DNA of 64,000 bases, from contig NC_091288.1 in NCBI RefSeq assembly GCF_032444005.1, forward strand, positions 218,798,001-218,862,000, in the 5' to 3' direction. Numbering within the stretch: the stretch's first letter is position 1; each line of letters starts with the position of its first letter. This document shows positions 1 to 38,139 of the stretch, one piece after another. The position numbers were made by a program, and so were the translations under genes. The notes beneath the pieces were generated by a model. It was not told where the DNA came from and did no database searches. It was given only the letters and a program-made list of their open reading frames with translations. This stretch comes from Ranitomeya imitator. Taxonomy: Eukaryota.

Positions 1-539
1 GACAATCCTCCATGCCACACAGCTAGGTCAATCAAGGTGTGGATGAAGGACCACATCACATCCCTGTCATGGCCGCCCAATCTCCAGACCTGAACCTCAT
101 TGAAAACCTCTGGAATGTAATCAGGAGGAAGATGGATCGTCACAAGCCCTCAAACACAGAAGAACGGCTGACATTATTGTACCAGGAGCCGTGTGAGAGA
201 CTGGAGGAAAGCTGCCAAGACGCAGGAAAGCTGAGATTAACAATCATGGGTATTCCACACAACATTGATTTCTGAACTCTTCCTGAGGTAGAACATTAGT
301 ATTGTTGTTTCTAAATGATTATGAACTTGATTTTTTGCATTAGTTGAGGTCTGCATTTTTTTTGTTATTTTCACCATTTCTCATTTTCAAAAAATAAATA
401 CAAAATTTATTGCTTAGAACTTCGGAGATGTTGTCAGTAGTTTATAGAATAAAAGAACAATTTACATCTTACTCAAAAATATAAAGAGAAAATCAGAGAA
501 ACTGAACATTCTTCAGTGGTCTCTTCATTTTTGCCAGAG

Positions 540-542
<3 letters not shown>
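1..542 (+). mobile_element. 3' end of a degenerate Tc1/mariner transposon (transposase C-terminus and right TIR)
   Basis: Translation shows Tc1 catalytic-region motifs (DNPPCH...W..QSPDLNLIENLW, frameshifted). The element ends in ATTTTTGCCAGAGCTG, a TIR-like end, followed by a (TA)n run at 545-576. Confidence 0.8.
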
Positions 543-576
<34 letters not shown>

Positions 577-579
<3 letters not shown>

Positions 580-1269
580 CCCAGTCACGTAGTATATTGC
601 TCAGCCACGTAGTATATAGCAGGGCCACGTAGTATAGAGACTTAAAAAAAAAAAAAAACACATATACTCACCTATAGCCCCTTGAAGTCCTGCTATACTC
701 ACCATCCGCCGCCTTTCCCGCTCCTCTCCACGCTCCCGGGACCGCTCCATTGCAAGCGGCAGCTTCCGGTCCCAGGGCTGGTGTGAGCAGGACCTATGAT
801 GACGTCGCGGACAAATGACCGTGACGTCACGGCAGGTCCTTCTCGCACACCAGCCCTGGGACGAGACCGGAAGCTGCCGCTTGCAATGGAGCGATCCACG
901 GAGTGTGGCGAGGAGCGAGATAGGCGGTGGAGGGTGAGTATAGGTTTTTTTTTTTTTATTATTATTGATGCTGCATTGGCAGCATCAATAGTAAATAGTT
1001 GGGGACACACAGGGTTAATAGCAGCGGTAACGGAGTGAGTTACACCGCGGGCCGTTACCGCTGCCATTAACCCTGTGTGAGCTGTGAGTGGAGGGGATTA
1101 CGGAGCGGGCGCCGGGCAGTGAGTGCAGGGGAGGGACTAATCGGACTGTGCCTGTCGCTGATTGGTCGCAGCAGCCATGACAGGCAGCTGCTGAGACCAA
1201 TCAGCGAACGAATAACCGTGATAGGACAGACAGACAGACGGAAGTGACCCTTACACAATTATATATATA
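577..1269 (-). mobile_element. Non-autonomous Helitron-like element with a ~250 bp internal palindrome (694-942)
   Basis: Its end near 1240-1269 (CAGACAGACGGAAGTGACCCTTACACAATTATATATAT) closely resembles the 5' end of the adjacent Helitron. It has short CACGTAGTATA subrepeats at 577-636 and a long inverted repeat at 694-942. Its 3' end was not found. Confidence 0.5.
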
Positions 1270-1695
1270 CTAGATTGTGGCCCGATTCTAACGCATCGGG
1301 TATTCTAGAATATGCATGTCCCCGTAGTATATGGACAATGATGATTCCAGAATTCGCGGCACACTGTGCCCGTCGCTGATTGGTCGAGGCAACCTTTATG
1401 ACATCATCGTCGCCATGGCAACCATTATGACATCTACGTCGATACTGTGCCCGTCGCTGAATCAGAAACGTGAGATGTCTACGTCCTTTATGACATCATC
1501 GTCGCTGTGCCCGTTGCTGATTGGTCGAGGCCTGGCGGCCTCGACCAATCAGAGACGCAGGATTTCTACGTCGATGCTGTGCCAATCTCTGATTGGTCGA
1601 GGCCGCCAGGCCTGGCGGCCTCGACCAATCAGAGACGCGGGATTTCCAGGACAGACAGACAGACGGGAAAACCCTTAGACAATTATATATATAGA
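1270..1695 (-). mobile_element. Non-autonomous Helitron
   Basis: On the minus strand it begins TC(TATATATATAATTGTCTAAGGG) at 1695 and ends with a hairpin (CCCGAT...ATCGGG, 1281-1300) followed by CTAG (1270-1273). It sits between A and T with no TSD, the canonical Helitron arrangement. Confidence 0.72.
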
Positions 1696-1849
1696 TAGAT
1701 ATGTGACAGGGTCACTGGCAGTGTATGAAGGGAGATAGGTGTCACTGCGCATATTATCATCAGTGATGTAAAGCCAGAATAGTTTTTCCCTAGTACACCA
1801 TGTAGTGATATGGTTATGTTATGGGCTGGTTTTATTGGACCACCATTAA

Positions 1850-3122
1850 CCCCTTTCTGACCTCGGACGGGATAGTACGTCCGAGGTCAGAAGCCCCTTT
1901 TTGATGCGGGCTCCGGCGGTGAGCCCGCACCAAAGCCGGGACATGTCAGCTGTATTGAACAGCTGGCATGTGACCGTAATAGGCGCGGGCAGAATCGCGA
2001 TGTGCCCGCACCTATTAACTAGTTAAATGCCGCTGTCAAACGCAGACAGCGGCATTCAACTACCGCATCCAGCCAGGCAGCTGGAAATGACGTCATCGCC
2101 GACCCCCGTCACATGATCGGAGGTCGGCGATGCTTCAGAATAGTAACCATAGAGGTCCTTGAGACCTCTATGGTTACTGATCACCGGTGGCTGTGAGCGC
2201 CACCCTGTGGTCGGCGCTCACAGCACACCTCCATTTCTGCTACATAGCAGCGATCAGCAGATCGCTGCTATGTAGCAGAGCCGATCGTGTTGTGCCTGCT
2301 TCTAGCCTCCCATGGAGGCTATTGAAGCATGGCAAAAGTAAAAAAAAAAAGTTTAAAAAAATGTGAAAAAAATAAAAAAAAATATAAAATTTTAAATCAC
2401 CCCCCTTTCGTCCCAATCGAAATAAATCAATAAAAAAAAAAAAAATCAAACCTACACATATTTGGTATCGCCGCATTCAGAATTGCCCGGTCTATCAATA
2501 AAAAGAAAAGCATTAACCCGATCGCTAAACAGCGTAGCGAGAAAAAAATTCGTAACGCCAGAATTATGTTTTTCGGTCGCCGCAACATTGCATTAAAATG
2601 TAATAACAGGCGATCAAAAGAACGTATCTGCACCAAAATGGTATCATTAAAAACGTCATCTCAGCACGCAAAAAATATGCCCTCAACCGACGCCAGATCA
2701 TGAAAAATGGAGACGCTACAGGTATCGGAAAATGGCGTAACTTTTATTTTTTTTTAGCAAAGTTTGGAATTTTTTTTCACCACTTAGGTAAAAAATAACC
2801 TAGTCATGTTTGGTGTCTATGAGCTCGTACTGACCTGGAGAATCATAATGGCAGGTCAGTTTTAACATTTAGCGAACCTAGCAAAAAAAGCCAAACAAAA
2901 AACAAGTGTGGGATTGCACTTTTTTTGCAATTTCACTGCACTTGGAATTTTTTTCCCATTTTCTAGTACACGACATGCTAAAACCAATGATGTCGTTCAA
3001 AAGTACAACTCGTCCAGCAAAAAATAAGCCCTCACATGGCCAAATTGACGGAAATATAAAAAAAATTATGGCTCTGGGAAGGAGGGGAGTGAAAAACGAA
3101 AAATCTCAAGGTCATGAAGGGG
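1850..3122. mobile_element. Non-autonomous piggyBac-like DNA transposon
   Basis: TTAA target duplication at 1846-1849 and 3123-3126. Termini CCCCTTTCTGACC / GGTCATGAAGGGG are imperfect inverted repeats. No transposase ORF. Confidence 0.75.
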
Positions 3123-3240
3123 TTAAGCATGTGGGAGGGGGTCCACTTTATCTCCACGTGCAGAGCCCTGCCAGGACCTGTGTGATGTCAAGGTCAATGG
3201 AGTCAGTGAGTGTAGTGTCTTGAGAGCAAAAACTCACACG

Positions 3241-4030
3241 TAGCTCCCGGAGTGTATACAGGAGGGGGGTATATATCTGTGTATATAGGGGGCAGTGTAT
3301 ATACTCCCACTTAGCTCCCGGAGTGTATACAGGAGGAGGTATATATCTGTGTATATAGGGGGCAGTGTATATACTCCCACTTAGCTCCTGGAGTGTATAC
3401 AGGAGGAGGTATATATCTGTGTATATAGGGGGCAGTGTATATACTCCCACTTAGCTCCCGGAGTGTATACAGGAGGGGGGTATATATCTGTGTATATAGG
3501 GGGCAGTGTATATACTCCCACTCAGCTCCCGGAGAGTATACAGGAGGGGGGTATATATGTGTGTATATAGGGGGCAGTGTATATACTCCCACTCAGCTCC
3601 CGGAGTGTATACAGGAGGGGGGTATATATGTGTGTATATAGGGGGCAGTGTATATACTCCCACTCAGCTCCCGGAGTGTATACAGGAGGAGGTATATATC
3701 TGTGTATATAGGGGGCAGTGTATATACTCCCACTCAGCTCCCGGAGTGTATACAGGAGGGGGGTATATATGTGTGTATATAGGGGGCAGTGTATATACTC
3801 CCACTCAGCTCCCGGAGTGTATACAGGAGGGGGGTATATATGTGTGTATATAGGGGGCAGTGTATATACTCCCACTCAGCTCCCGGAGTGTATACAGGAG
3901 GAGGTATATATCTGTGTATATAGGGGGCAGTGTATATACTCCCACTCAGCTCCCGGAGTGTATACAGGAGGGGGGTATATATGTGTGTATATAGGGGGCA
4001 GTGTATACACTCCCACTCAGCTCCCGGAGG
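3241..4030. repeat. 71-bp tandem repeat, ~11 copies
   Basis: Unit GGAGTGTATACAGGAGGGGGGTATATATGTGTGTATATAGGGGGCAGTGTATATACTCCCACTCAGCTCCC. It contains the ~40-bp unit of the intron-1 satellite. Confidence 0.95.
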
Positions 4031-4204
4031 AGCTAAGGACTGAGTGATAACTGCAGGTTTGGACTGTTTTGTTTATTTTACCGTTATGCCAGCCAGGCTG
4101 TTTATTTGCTGAACTCCGCCAAGGATTATGCCATCCACAATAAACCAGCAGGTGAGCTGCCACCAGTATGGTTCATGTGTCTACCTGGTAAAGCAGCTGA
4201 ACAC

Positions 4205-7200
4205 ATATTGGGGAGCACACACAGTCCCCCATCCTCTCCTCACAATGGGGGCCCAGTCCCCGATCTTCTCACATTGGGTGCACACGGTCCCCCGTCCTCT
4301 CCTCACATTGGGGGCACACGGTCCCCCGTCCTCTCCTCACATTGGGGGCACACGGTCCCCCGTCCTCTTCCTCACACTGGGGGCACACGGTCCCCCGTCC
4401 TCTTCCTCACACTGGGGGCACACGGTCCCCCGTCCTCTTCCTCACACTGGGGGCACACGGTCCCCCGTCCTCTTCCTCACACTGGGGGCACACGGTCCCC
4501 CGTCCTCTTCCTCACACTGGGGGCACACGGTCCCCCGTCCTCTTCCTCACACTGGGGGCACACGGTCCCCCGTCCTCCCCTCACATTGGGGCCACACGGT
4601 CCCCCGTCCTCTCCTCACACTGAGGGCACACGGTCCCCCGTCCTCCCCTCACACTGGGGGCACACGGTCCCCCGTCCTCTCCTCACATTGGGGGCACACG
4701 GTCCCCCGTCCTCCCCCCACACTGGGGGCACACGGTCCCCCGTCCTCTCCTCACATTGGGGGCACACGGTCCCCCGTCCTCTCCTCACATTGGGGGCACA
4801 CGGTCCCCCGTCCTCTTCCTCACACTGGGGGCGCACGGTCCCCCGTCCTCTTCCTCACACTGGGGGCACACGGTCCCCCGTCCTCTTCCTCACACTGGGG
4901 GCACACGGTCCCCCGTCCTCTTCCTCACACTGGGGGCACACGGTCCCCCGTCCTCCCCTCACATTGGGGCCACACGGTCCCCCGTCCTCTCCTCACATTG
5001 AGGGCACACGGTCCCCCGTCCTCCCCTCACATTGGGGGCACACGGTCCCCCGTCCTCTCCTCACACTGGGGGCACACGGTCCCCGTCCTCTCCTCACACT
5101 GGGGGCACACGGTCACCCGTCCTCTCCTCACACTGAGGGCACACGGTCCCCCGTCCTCCCCTCACATTGGGGGCACACGGTCCCCCGTCCTCTCCTCACA
5201 TTGGGGGCACACGGTCCCCCGTCCTCCCCTCACACTGGGGGCACACGGTCCCCCGTCCTTTCCTCACACTGGGGGCACACGGTCCCCGTCCTCTCCTCAC
5301 ACTGGGGGCACACGGTCCCCCGTCCTCTCCTCACACTGAGGGCACACGGTCCCCCGTCCTCCCCTCACATTGGGGGCACACGGTCCCCCGTCCTCTCCTC
5401 ACATTGGGGGCACACGGTCCCCCGTCCTCCCCTCACACTGGGGGCACACGGTCCCCCGTCCTTTCCTCACACTGGGGGCACACGGTCCCTCGTCCTCTCC
5501 TCACACTGGGGGCACACGGTCCCCCGTCCTGTCCTCACACTGGGGGCACACGGTCCCCCGTCCTCTCCTCACACTGGGGGCACACGGTCCCCCGTCCTCC
5601 CCTCACATTGGGGGCACACGGTCCCTCGTCCTCTTCCTCACACTGGGGGCACACGGTCCCCCGTCCTCCCCTCACACTGGGGGCACACGGTCCCCCGTCC
5701 TCCCCTCACACTGGGGGCACACGGTCCCCCGTCCTCCCCTCACACTAGGGGCACACGGTCCCCCGTCCTCCCCTCACACTGGGGGCACACGGTCCCCCGT
5801 CCTCCCCTCACACTGGGGGCACACGGTCCCTCGTCCTCCCCTCACACTGGGGGCACACGGTCCCCCGTCCTCCCCTCACACTGGGGGCACACGGTCCCCC
5901 GTCCTCCCCTCACACTGGGGGCACACGGTCCACCGTCCTCCCCTCACACTGGGGGCACACGGTCCCTCGTCCTCTCCTCACACTGGGGGCACACGGTCCC
6001 TCGTCCTCTCCTCACACTGGGGGCACACGGTCCCTCGTCCTCTCCTCACACTGGGGGCACACGGTCCCCCGTCCTCTCCTCACACTGGGGGCACACGGTC
6101 CCCGTCCTCTCCTCACACTGGGGGCACACGGTCCCCCGTCCTCTCCTCACACTGGGGGCACACGGTCCCCCGTCCTCCCCTCACACTGGGGGCACACGGT
6201 CCCCCGTCCTCCCCTAACACTGGGGGCACACGGTCCCCCGTCCTCCCCTCACACTGGGGGCACACGGTCCCCCGTCCTCCCCTCACACTGGGGGCACACG
6301 GTCCCCCGTCCTCCCCTCACACTGGGGGCACACGGTCCCCCGTCCTCCCCTCACACTGGGGGCACACGGTCCCCCGTCCTCCCCTCACACTGGGGGCACA
6401 CGGTCCCCCGTCCTCCCCTCACACTGGGGGCACACGGTCCCTCGTCCTCTCCTCACACTGGGGGCACACGGTCCCTCGTCCTCTCCTCACACTGGGGGCA
6501 CACGGTCCCTCGTCCTCTCCTCACACTGGGGGCACACGGTCCCTCGTCCTCTCCTCACACTGGGGGCACACGGTCCCTCGTCCTCTCCTCACACTGGGGG
6601 CACACGGTCCCCCGTCCTCTCCTCACACTGGGGCACACGGTCCCCCGTCCTCTCCTCACACTGGGGGCACACGGTCCCCGTCCTCTCCTCACACTGGGGG
6701 CACACGGTCCCCGTCCTCTCCTCACACTGGGGCACACGGTCCCTCGTCCTCTCCTCACACTGGGGGCACACGGTCCCCCGTCCTCCCCTCACACTGGGGC
6801 ACACGGTCCCTCGTCCTCTCCTCACACTGGGGGCACACGGTCCCCCGTCCTCTCCTCACACTGGGGGCACACGGTCCCCCGTCCTCTTCCTCACACTGGG
6901 GGCACACGGTCCCCCGTCCTCCCCTCACATTGGGGGCACACGGTCCCTCGTCCTCTCCTCACACTGGGGGCACACGGTCCCTCGTCCTCTCCTCACACTG
7001 GGGGCACACGGTCCCCCGTCCTCTCCTCACACTGGGGGCACACGGTCCCCGTCCTCTCCTCACACTGGGGGCACACGGTCCCCCGTCCTCTCCTCACACT
7101 GGGGGCACACGGTCCCCCGTCCTCCCCTCACACTGGGGGCACACGGTCCCCCGTCCTCCCCTAACACTGGGGGCACACGGTCCCCCGTCCTCCCCTCACA

Positions 7201-10200
7201 CTGGGGGCACACGGTCCCCCGTCCTCCCCTCACACTGGGGGCACACGGTCCCCCGTCCTCTCCTCACACTGGGGGCACACGGTCCCCGTCCTCTCCTCAC
7301 ACTGGGGGCACACGGTCCCCCGTCCTCTCCTCACACTGGGGGCACACGGTCCCCCGTCCTCCCCTCACACTGGGGGCACACGGTCCCCCGTCCTCCCCTA
7401 ACACTGGGGGCACACGGTCCCCCGTCCTCCCCTCACACTGGGGGCACACGGTCCCCCGTCCTCCCCTCACACTGGGGGCACACGGTCCCCCGTCCTCCCC
7501 TCACACTGGGGGCACACGGTCCCCCGTCCTCCCCTCACACTGGGGGCACACGGTCCCCCGTCCTCCCCTCACACTGGGGGCACACGGTCCCCCGTCCTCC
7601 CCTCACACTGGGGGCACACGGTCCCTCGTCCTCTCCTCACACTGGGGGCACACGGTCCCTCGTCCTCTCCTCACACTGGGGGCACACGGTCCCCCGTCCT
7701 CCCCTCACACTGGGGGCACACGGTCCCCCGTCCTCCCCTAACACTGGGGGCACACGGTCCCCCGTCCTCCCCTCACACTGGGGGCACACGGTCCCCCGTC
7801 CTCCCCTCACACTGGGGGCACACGGTCCCCCGTCCTCCCCTAACACTGGGGGCACACGGTCCCCCGTCCTCCCCTCACACTGGGGGCACACGGTCCCCCG
7901 TCCTCCCCTCACACTGGGGGCACACGGTCCCCCGTCCTCCCCTCACACTGGGGGCACACGGTCCCCCGTCCTCCCCTCACACTGGGGGCACACGGTCCCC
8001 CGTCCTCCCCTCACACTGGGGGCACACGGTCCCCCGTCCTCCCCTCACACTGGGGGCACACGGTCCCTCGTCCTCTCCTCACACTGGGGGCACACGGTCC
8101 CTCGTCCTCTCCTCACACTGGGGGCACACGGTCCCTCGTCCTCTCCTCACACTGGGGGCACACGGTCCCCCGTCCTCCCCTCACATTGGGGGCACACGGT
8201 CCCCCGTCCTCTCCTCACATTGGGGGCACACGGTCCCCCGTCCTCCCCTCACACTGGGGGCACACGGTCCCCCGTCCTCCCCTCACACTGGGGGCACACG
8301 GTCCCCCGTCCTTTCCTCACACTGGGGGCACACGGTCCCCGTCCTCTCCTCACACTGGGGGCACACGGTCCCCCGTCCTCTCCTCACACTGAGGGCACAC
8401 GGTCCCCCGTCCTCCCCTCACATTGGGGGCACACGGTCCCCCGTCCTCTCCTCACATTGGGGGCACACGGTCCCCCGTCCTCCCCTCACACTGGGGGCAC
8501 ACGGTCCCCCGTCCTTTCCTCACACTGGGGGCACACGGTCCCTCGTCCTCTCCTCACACTGGGGGCACACGGTCCCCCGTCCTGTCCTCACACTGGGGGC
8601 ACACGGTCCCCCGTCCTCTCCTCACACTGGGGGCACACGGTCCCCCGTCCTCCCCTCACATTGGGGGCACACGGTCCCTCGTCCTCTTCCTCACACTGGG
8701 GGCACACGGTCCCCCGTCCTCCCCTCACACTGGGGGCACACGGTCCCCCGTCCTCCCCTCACACTGGGGGCACACGGTCCCCCGTCCTCCCCTCACACTG
8801 GGGGCACACGGTCCCCCGTCCTCCCCTCACACTGGGGGCACACGGTCCCTCGTCCTCCCCTCACACTGGGGGCACACGGTCCCCCGTCCTCCCCTCACAC
8901 TGGGGGCACACGGTCCCCCGTCCTCCCCTCACACTGGGGGCACACGGTCCACCGTCCTCCCCTCACACTGGGGGCACACGGTCCCTCGTCCTCTCCTCAC
9001 ACTGGGGGCACACGGTCCCTCGTCCTCTCCTCACACTGGGGGCACACGGTCCCTCGTCCTCTCCTCACACTGGGGGCACACGGTCCCCGTCCTCTCCTCA
9101 CACTGGGGGCACACGGTCCCCCGTCCTCTCCTCACACTGGGGGCACACGGTCCCCCGTCCTCCCCTCACACTGGGGGCACACGGTCCCCCGTCCTCCCCT
9201 AACACTGGGGGCACACGGTCCCCCGTCCTCCCCTCACACTGGGGGCACACGGTCCCCCGTCCTCCCCTCACACTGGGGGCACACGGTCCCCCGTCCTCCC
9301 CTCACACTGGGGGCACACGGTCCCCCGTCCTCCCCTCACACTGGGGGCACACGGTCCCCCGTCCTCCCCTCACACTGGGGGCACACGGTCCCCCGTCCTC
9401 CCCTCACACTGGGGGCACACGGTCCCTCGTCCTCTCCTCACACTGGGGGCACACGGTCCCTCGTCCTCTCCTCACACTGGGGGCACACGGTCCCTCGTCC
9501 TCTCCTCACACTGGGGGCACACGGTCCCCCGTCCTCTCCTCACACTGGGGCACACGGTCCCCCGTCCTCTCCTCACACTGGGGGCACACGGTCCCCGTCC
9601 TCTCCTCACACTGGGGGCACACGGTCCCCGTCCTCTCCTCACACTGGGGCACACGGTCCCTCGTCCTCTCCTCACACTGGGGGCACACGGTCCCCCGTCC
9701 TCCCCTCACACTGGGGCACACGGTCCCTCGTCCTCTCCTCACACTGGGGGCACACGGTCCCCCGTCCTCTCCTCACACTGGGGGCACACGGTCCCCCGTC
9801 CTCTTCCTCACACTGGGGGCACACGGTCCCCCGTCCTCCCCTCACATTGGGGGCACACGGTCCCTCGTCCTCTCCTCACACTGGGGGCACACGGTCCCTC
9901 GTCCTCTCCTCACACTGGGGGCACACGGTCCCCCGTCCTCTCCTCACACTGGGGGCACACGGTCCCCGTCCTCTCCTCACACTGGGGGCACACGGTCCCC
10001 CGTCCTCTCCTCACACTGGGGGCACACGGTCCCCCGTCCTCCCCTCACACTGGGGGCACACGGTCCCCCGTCCTCCCCTAACACTGGGGGCACACGGTCC
10101 CCCGTCCTCCCCTCACACTGGGGGCACACGGTCCCCCGTCCTCCCCTCACACTGGGGGCACACGGTCCCCCGTCCTCTCCTCACACTGGGGGCACACGGT

Positions 10201-11350
10201 CCCCGTCCTCTCCTCACACTGGGGGCACACGGTCCCCCGTCCTCTCCTCACACTGGGGGCACACGGTCCCCCGTCCTCCCCTCACACTGGGGGCACACGG
10301 TCCCCCGTCCTCCCCTAACACTGGGGGCACACGGTCCCCCGTCCTCCCCTCACACTGGGGGCACACGGTCCCCCGTCCTCCCCTCACACTGGGGGCACAC
10401 GGTCCCCCGTCCTCCCCTCACACTGGGGGCACACGGTCCCCCGTCCTCCCCTCACACTGGGGGCACACGGTCCCCCGTCCTCCCCTCACACTGGGGGCAC
10501 ACGGTCCCCCGTCCTCCCCTCACACTGGGGGCACACGGTCCCCCGTCCTCCCCTCACACTGGGGGCACACGGTCCCTCGTCCTCTCCTCACACTGGGGGC
10601 ACACGGTCCCTCGTCCTCTCCTCACACTGGGGGCACACGGTCCCTCGTCCTCTCCTCACACTGGGGGCACACGGTCCCTCGTCCTCTCCTCACACTGGGG
10701 GCACACGGTCCCCCGTCCTCTCCTCACACTGGGGCACACGGTCCCCCGTCCTCTCCTCACACTGGGGGCACACGGTCCCCGTCCTCTCCTCACACTGGGG
10801 GCACACGGTCCCCGTCCTCTCCTCACACTGGGGCACACGGTCCCTCGTCCTCTCCTCACACTGGGGGCACACGGTCCCCCGTCCTCCCCTCACACTGGGG
10901 CACACGGTCCCTCGTCCTCTCCTCACACTGGGGGCACACGGTCCCCCGTCCTCTCCTCACACTGGGGGCACACGGTCCCCCGTCCTCCCCTCACACTGGG
11001 GCACACGGTCCCTCGTCCTCTCCTCACACTGGGGGCACACGGTCCCCCGTCCTCTCCTCACACTGGGGGCACACGGTCCCCCGTCCTCTCCTCACACTGG
11101 GGGCACACGGTCCCCTGTCCTCCCCTCACACTGGGGGCACACGGTCCCCCGTCCTCTTCCTCACACTGGGGGCACACGGTCCCCCGTCCTCCCCTCACAC
11201 TGGGGGCACACGGTCCCCCGTCCTCCCCTCACACTGGGGGCACACGGTCCCCCGTCCTCCCCTCACACTGGGGGTACACGGTCCCCCGTCCTCTCCTCAC
11301 ACTGGGGGCACACGGTCCCCTGTCCTCCCCTCACACTGGGGGATACACGG
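4205..11350. repeat. 34-bp GC-rich minisatellite, ~7.1 kb (~200 copies)
   Basis: Unit CACACTGGGGGCACACGGTCCCCCGTCCTCTCCT with 33/35-bp variants. It accounts for all the HWGHTVPRP-type ORFs. Confidence 0.97.
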
Positions 11351-11559
11351 TCCGCCGTCACCGTCCTGCCTCCTCCTCGGCTCCGGCCGCACTGACTGAG
11401 CTGAGGGGCGGTCGCTCGTTCCCTTCAGCTGCGGTGCACGCCGGGAGGCCGCATTGTTCCAGCTGATGCCGCACGGGGTCTCCGGAGCAGCAGGCGCAGG
11501 GGCCGGCGCCGCCGCCGTGTGTCCGGGGGGGAGATGCTGCTGTGAAGGCGGCTGCGGAG

Positions 11560-36653
<25,094 letters not shown>

Positions 36654-37935
36654 GCTGCTCGTCGCCGGAGTTCCTGTCGTCACCGTTCACAGCATGAAGT
36701 ATCCGCCCGTCCTTCCGCTGCTGTCCGTCACACTCCACCGATCTCCCGCTCGCCCCTGTTACCTATTATTTCCTGCTTCGTTATAACCCCGCCCCTGAGG
36801 AACTGTTCCTATTTTCCCAGAATCCTGTGGGAGATGGCAGTGATTGGCCGAGGGACCTCTATACGGATAAAGGACGCTGTAAATATTTTCTATACGGAGA
36901 ATCCTCTGCCTTCCCCCGTCACTGCCTTTTGGGGGGAGACCCCTGAACTGGGGGGGGTTGCGCTTCCGACATTGTCAGCACTGATGTGAAGCGTCACCGC
37001 CCCGATTCTCCCGCAAAACTGCGCAAAATGTTTTATTTATTCTACTGATTTAAAGGAGAGAAGAGTAGTAAAACGAAGTGCTCCCATCCCCCGCTGTACT
37101 GCAGGCGGCCATGTTGTGGGCGGGGCCAATGGGCGGGGCGTCACCGGATCATTCCTCAAAGTCGTGCTGCTTCTCTACATATTGCCTGCAATACAGCCGC
37201 TTCCATTGGATGTGGAGGGGGATGGGCGGCTCTGGAACACGGCCTGCTGGGAAATATCGGGTAAATGGCTGCTTTTATATAGAGGGAGCAACAGGGACAT
37301 CTTCAGGCCAAAGCTGGTGCTGCAGGTTAATACATTTCATTGTTGTTGCTGTAGCGTTTGGATCTCCTGACCTGACAGATGCTTTTGGCAGACGGTAGTC
37401 GACCGTTGCAAAAAGATTTCCGATCACAACTGGTAACGTTGGGCGACGCTGATCTCGGGTATTTCGCCGCTGATCGCTGCAGATTGCACAGAACACCGGC
37501 AGTCCTCTGCTGACATCTTGTGGCCACTGTCTGGTACTGCAGCTGCTGAATATAATGCACTACAGGGGGCACGGTGGCCCCTTAGAAGGGATCGTCGTGC
37601 ATTTGACTGTTTTTCTCTCCTGTTTTCCCGTTGTTTTTTTTGTTTTATAACTTATAACTTGTGTACAGATGTGTATCACGTTGTGTTAGGGCGAATGACG
37701 CTGTCACTGTACCTATGGTTTGAAACCCATTCAATAATCTACCTCTTCCAGTAAGTGTTTATTTTTTATGTTTTTTTTTTTTTCCTTTGGTGATGTTTTT
37801 CGTGTTTTTTTTGTTTTGTTTTGTTTTATTCATTCTTTAATTTCCTAAATGTGAAAAAAACCCGGAATCCCTGAAAACTTGAATTTAGCGTCTTCAGGTT
37901 TTATTTAATGATTGTTGGTCTGAGCCGACATCTTA

Positions 37936-37941
37936 AATAAA
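37936..37941 (+). promoter_or_regulatory. Probable NLK polyadenylation signal
   Basis: AATAAA 1.28 kb after the stop, preceded by U-rich tracts and followed by GT/T-rich sequence. Confidence 0.65.
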
Positions 37942-38139
37942 TTCTGTCCTGCCTTTTACACCTGTCGTGTATTGTGATTTTTACCTTCCTAGTGGTTGAG
38001 GGTCCTCAGTGACTGCTCCTGTCCAACACTGTCCTCCGCATGCGTCCCGTGGCCGATCTGTGGTCGACCACATCGCTACTAATGGTGCCTTACGTCGTAG
38101 CCGAGTCCTGTGACCTTAAGTACAAAGGAACACTGAATG

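Noticed and set aside
4106-11466. Very long ORFs (up to 2009 aa) of HWGHTVPRPPLTLGAHGPPSSP repeats
   Set aside because: They are translations of the 34-bp minisatellite, which lacks stops in all three plus frames; frames switch at indel units and no domain is present.
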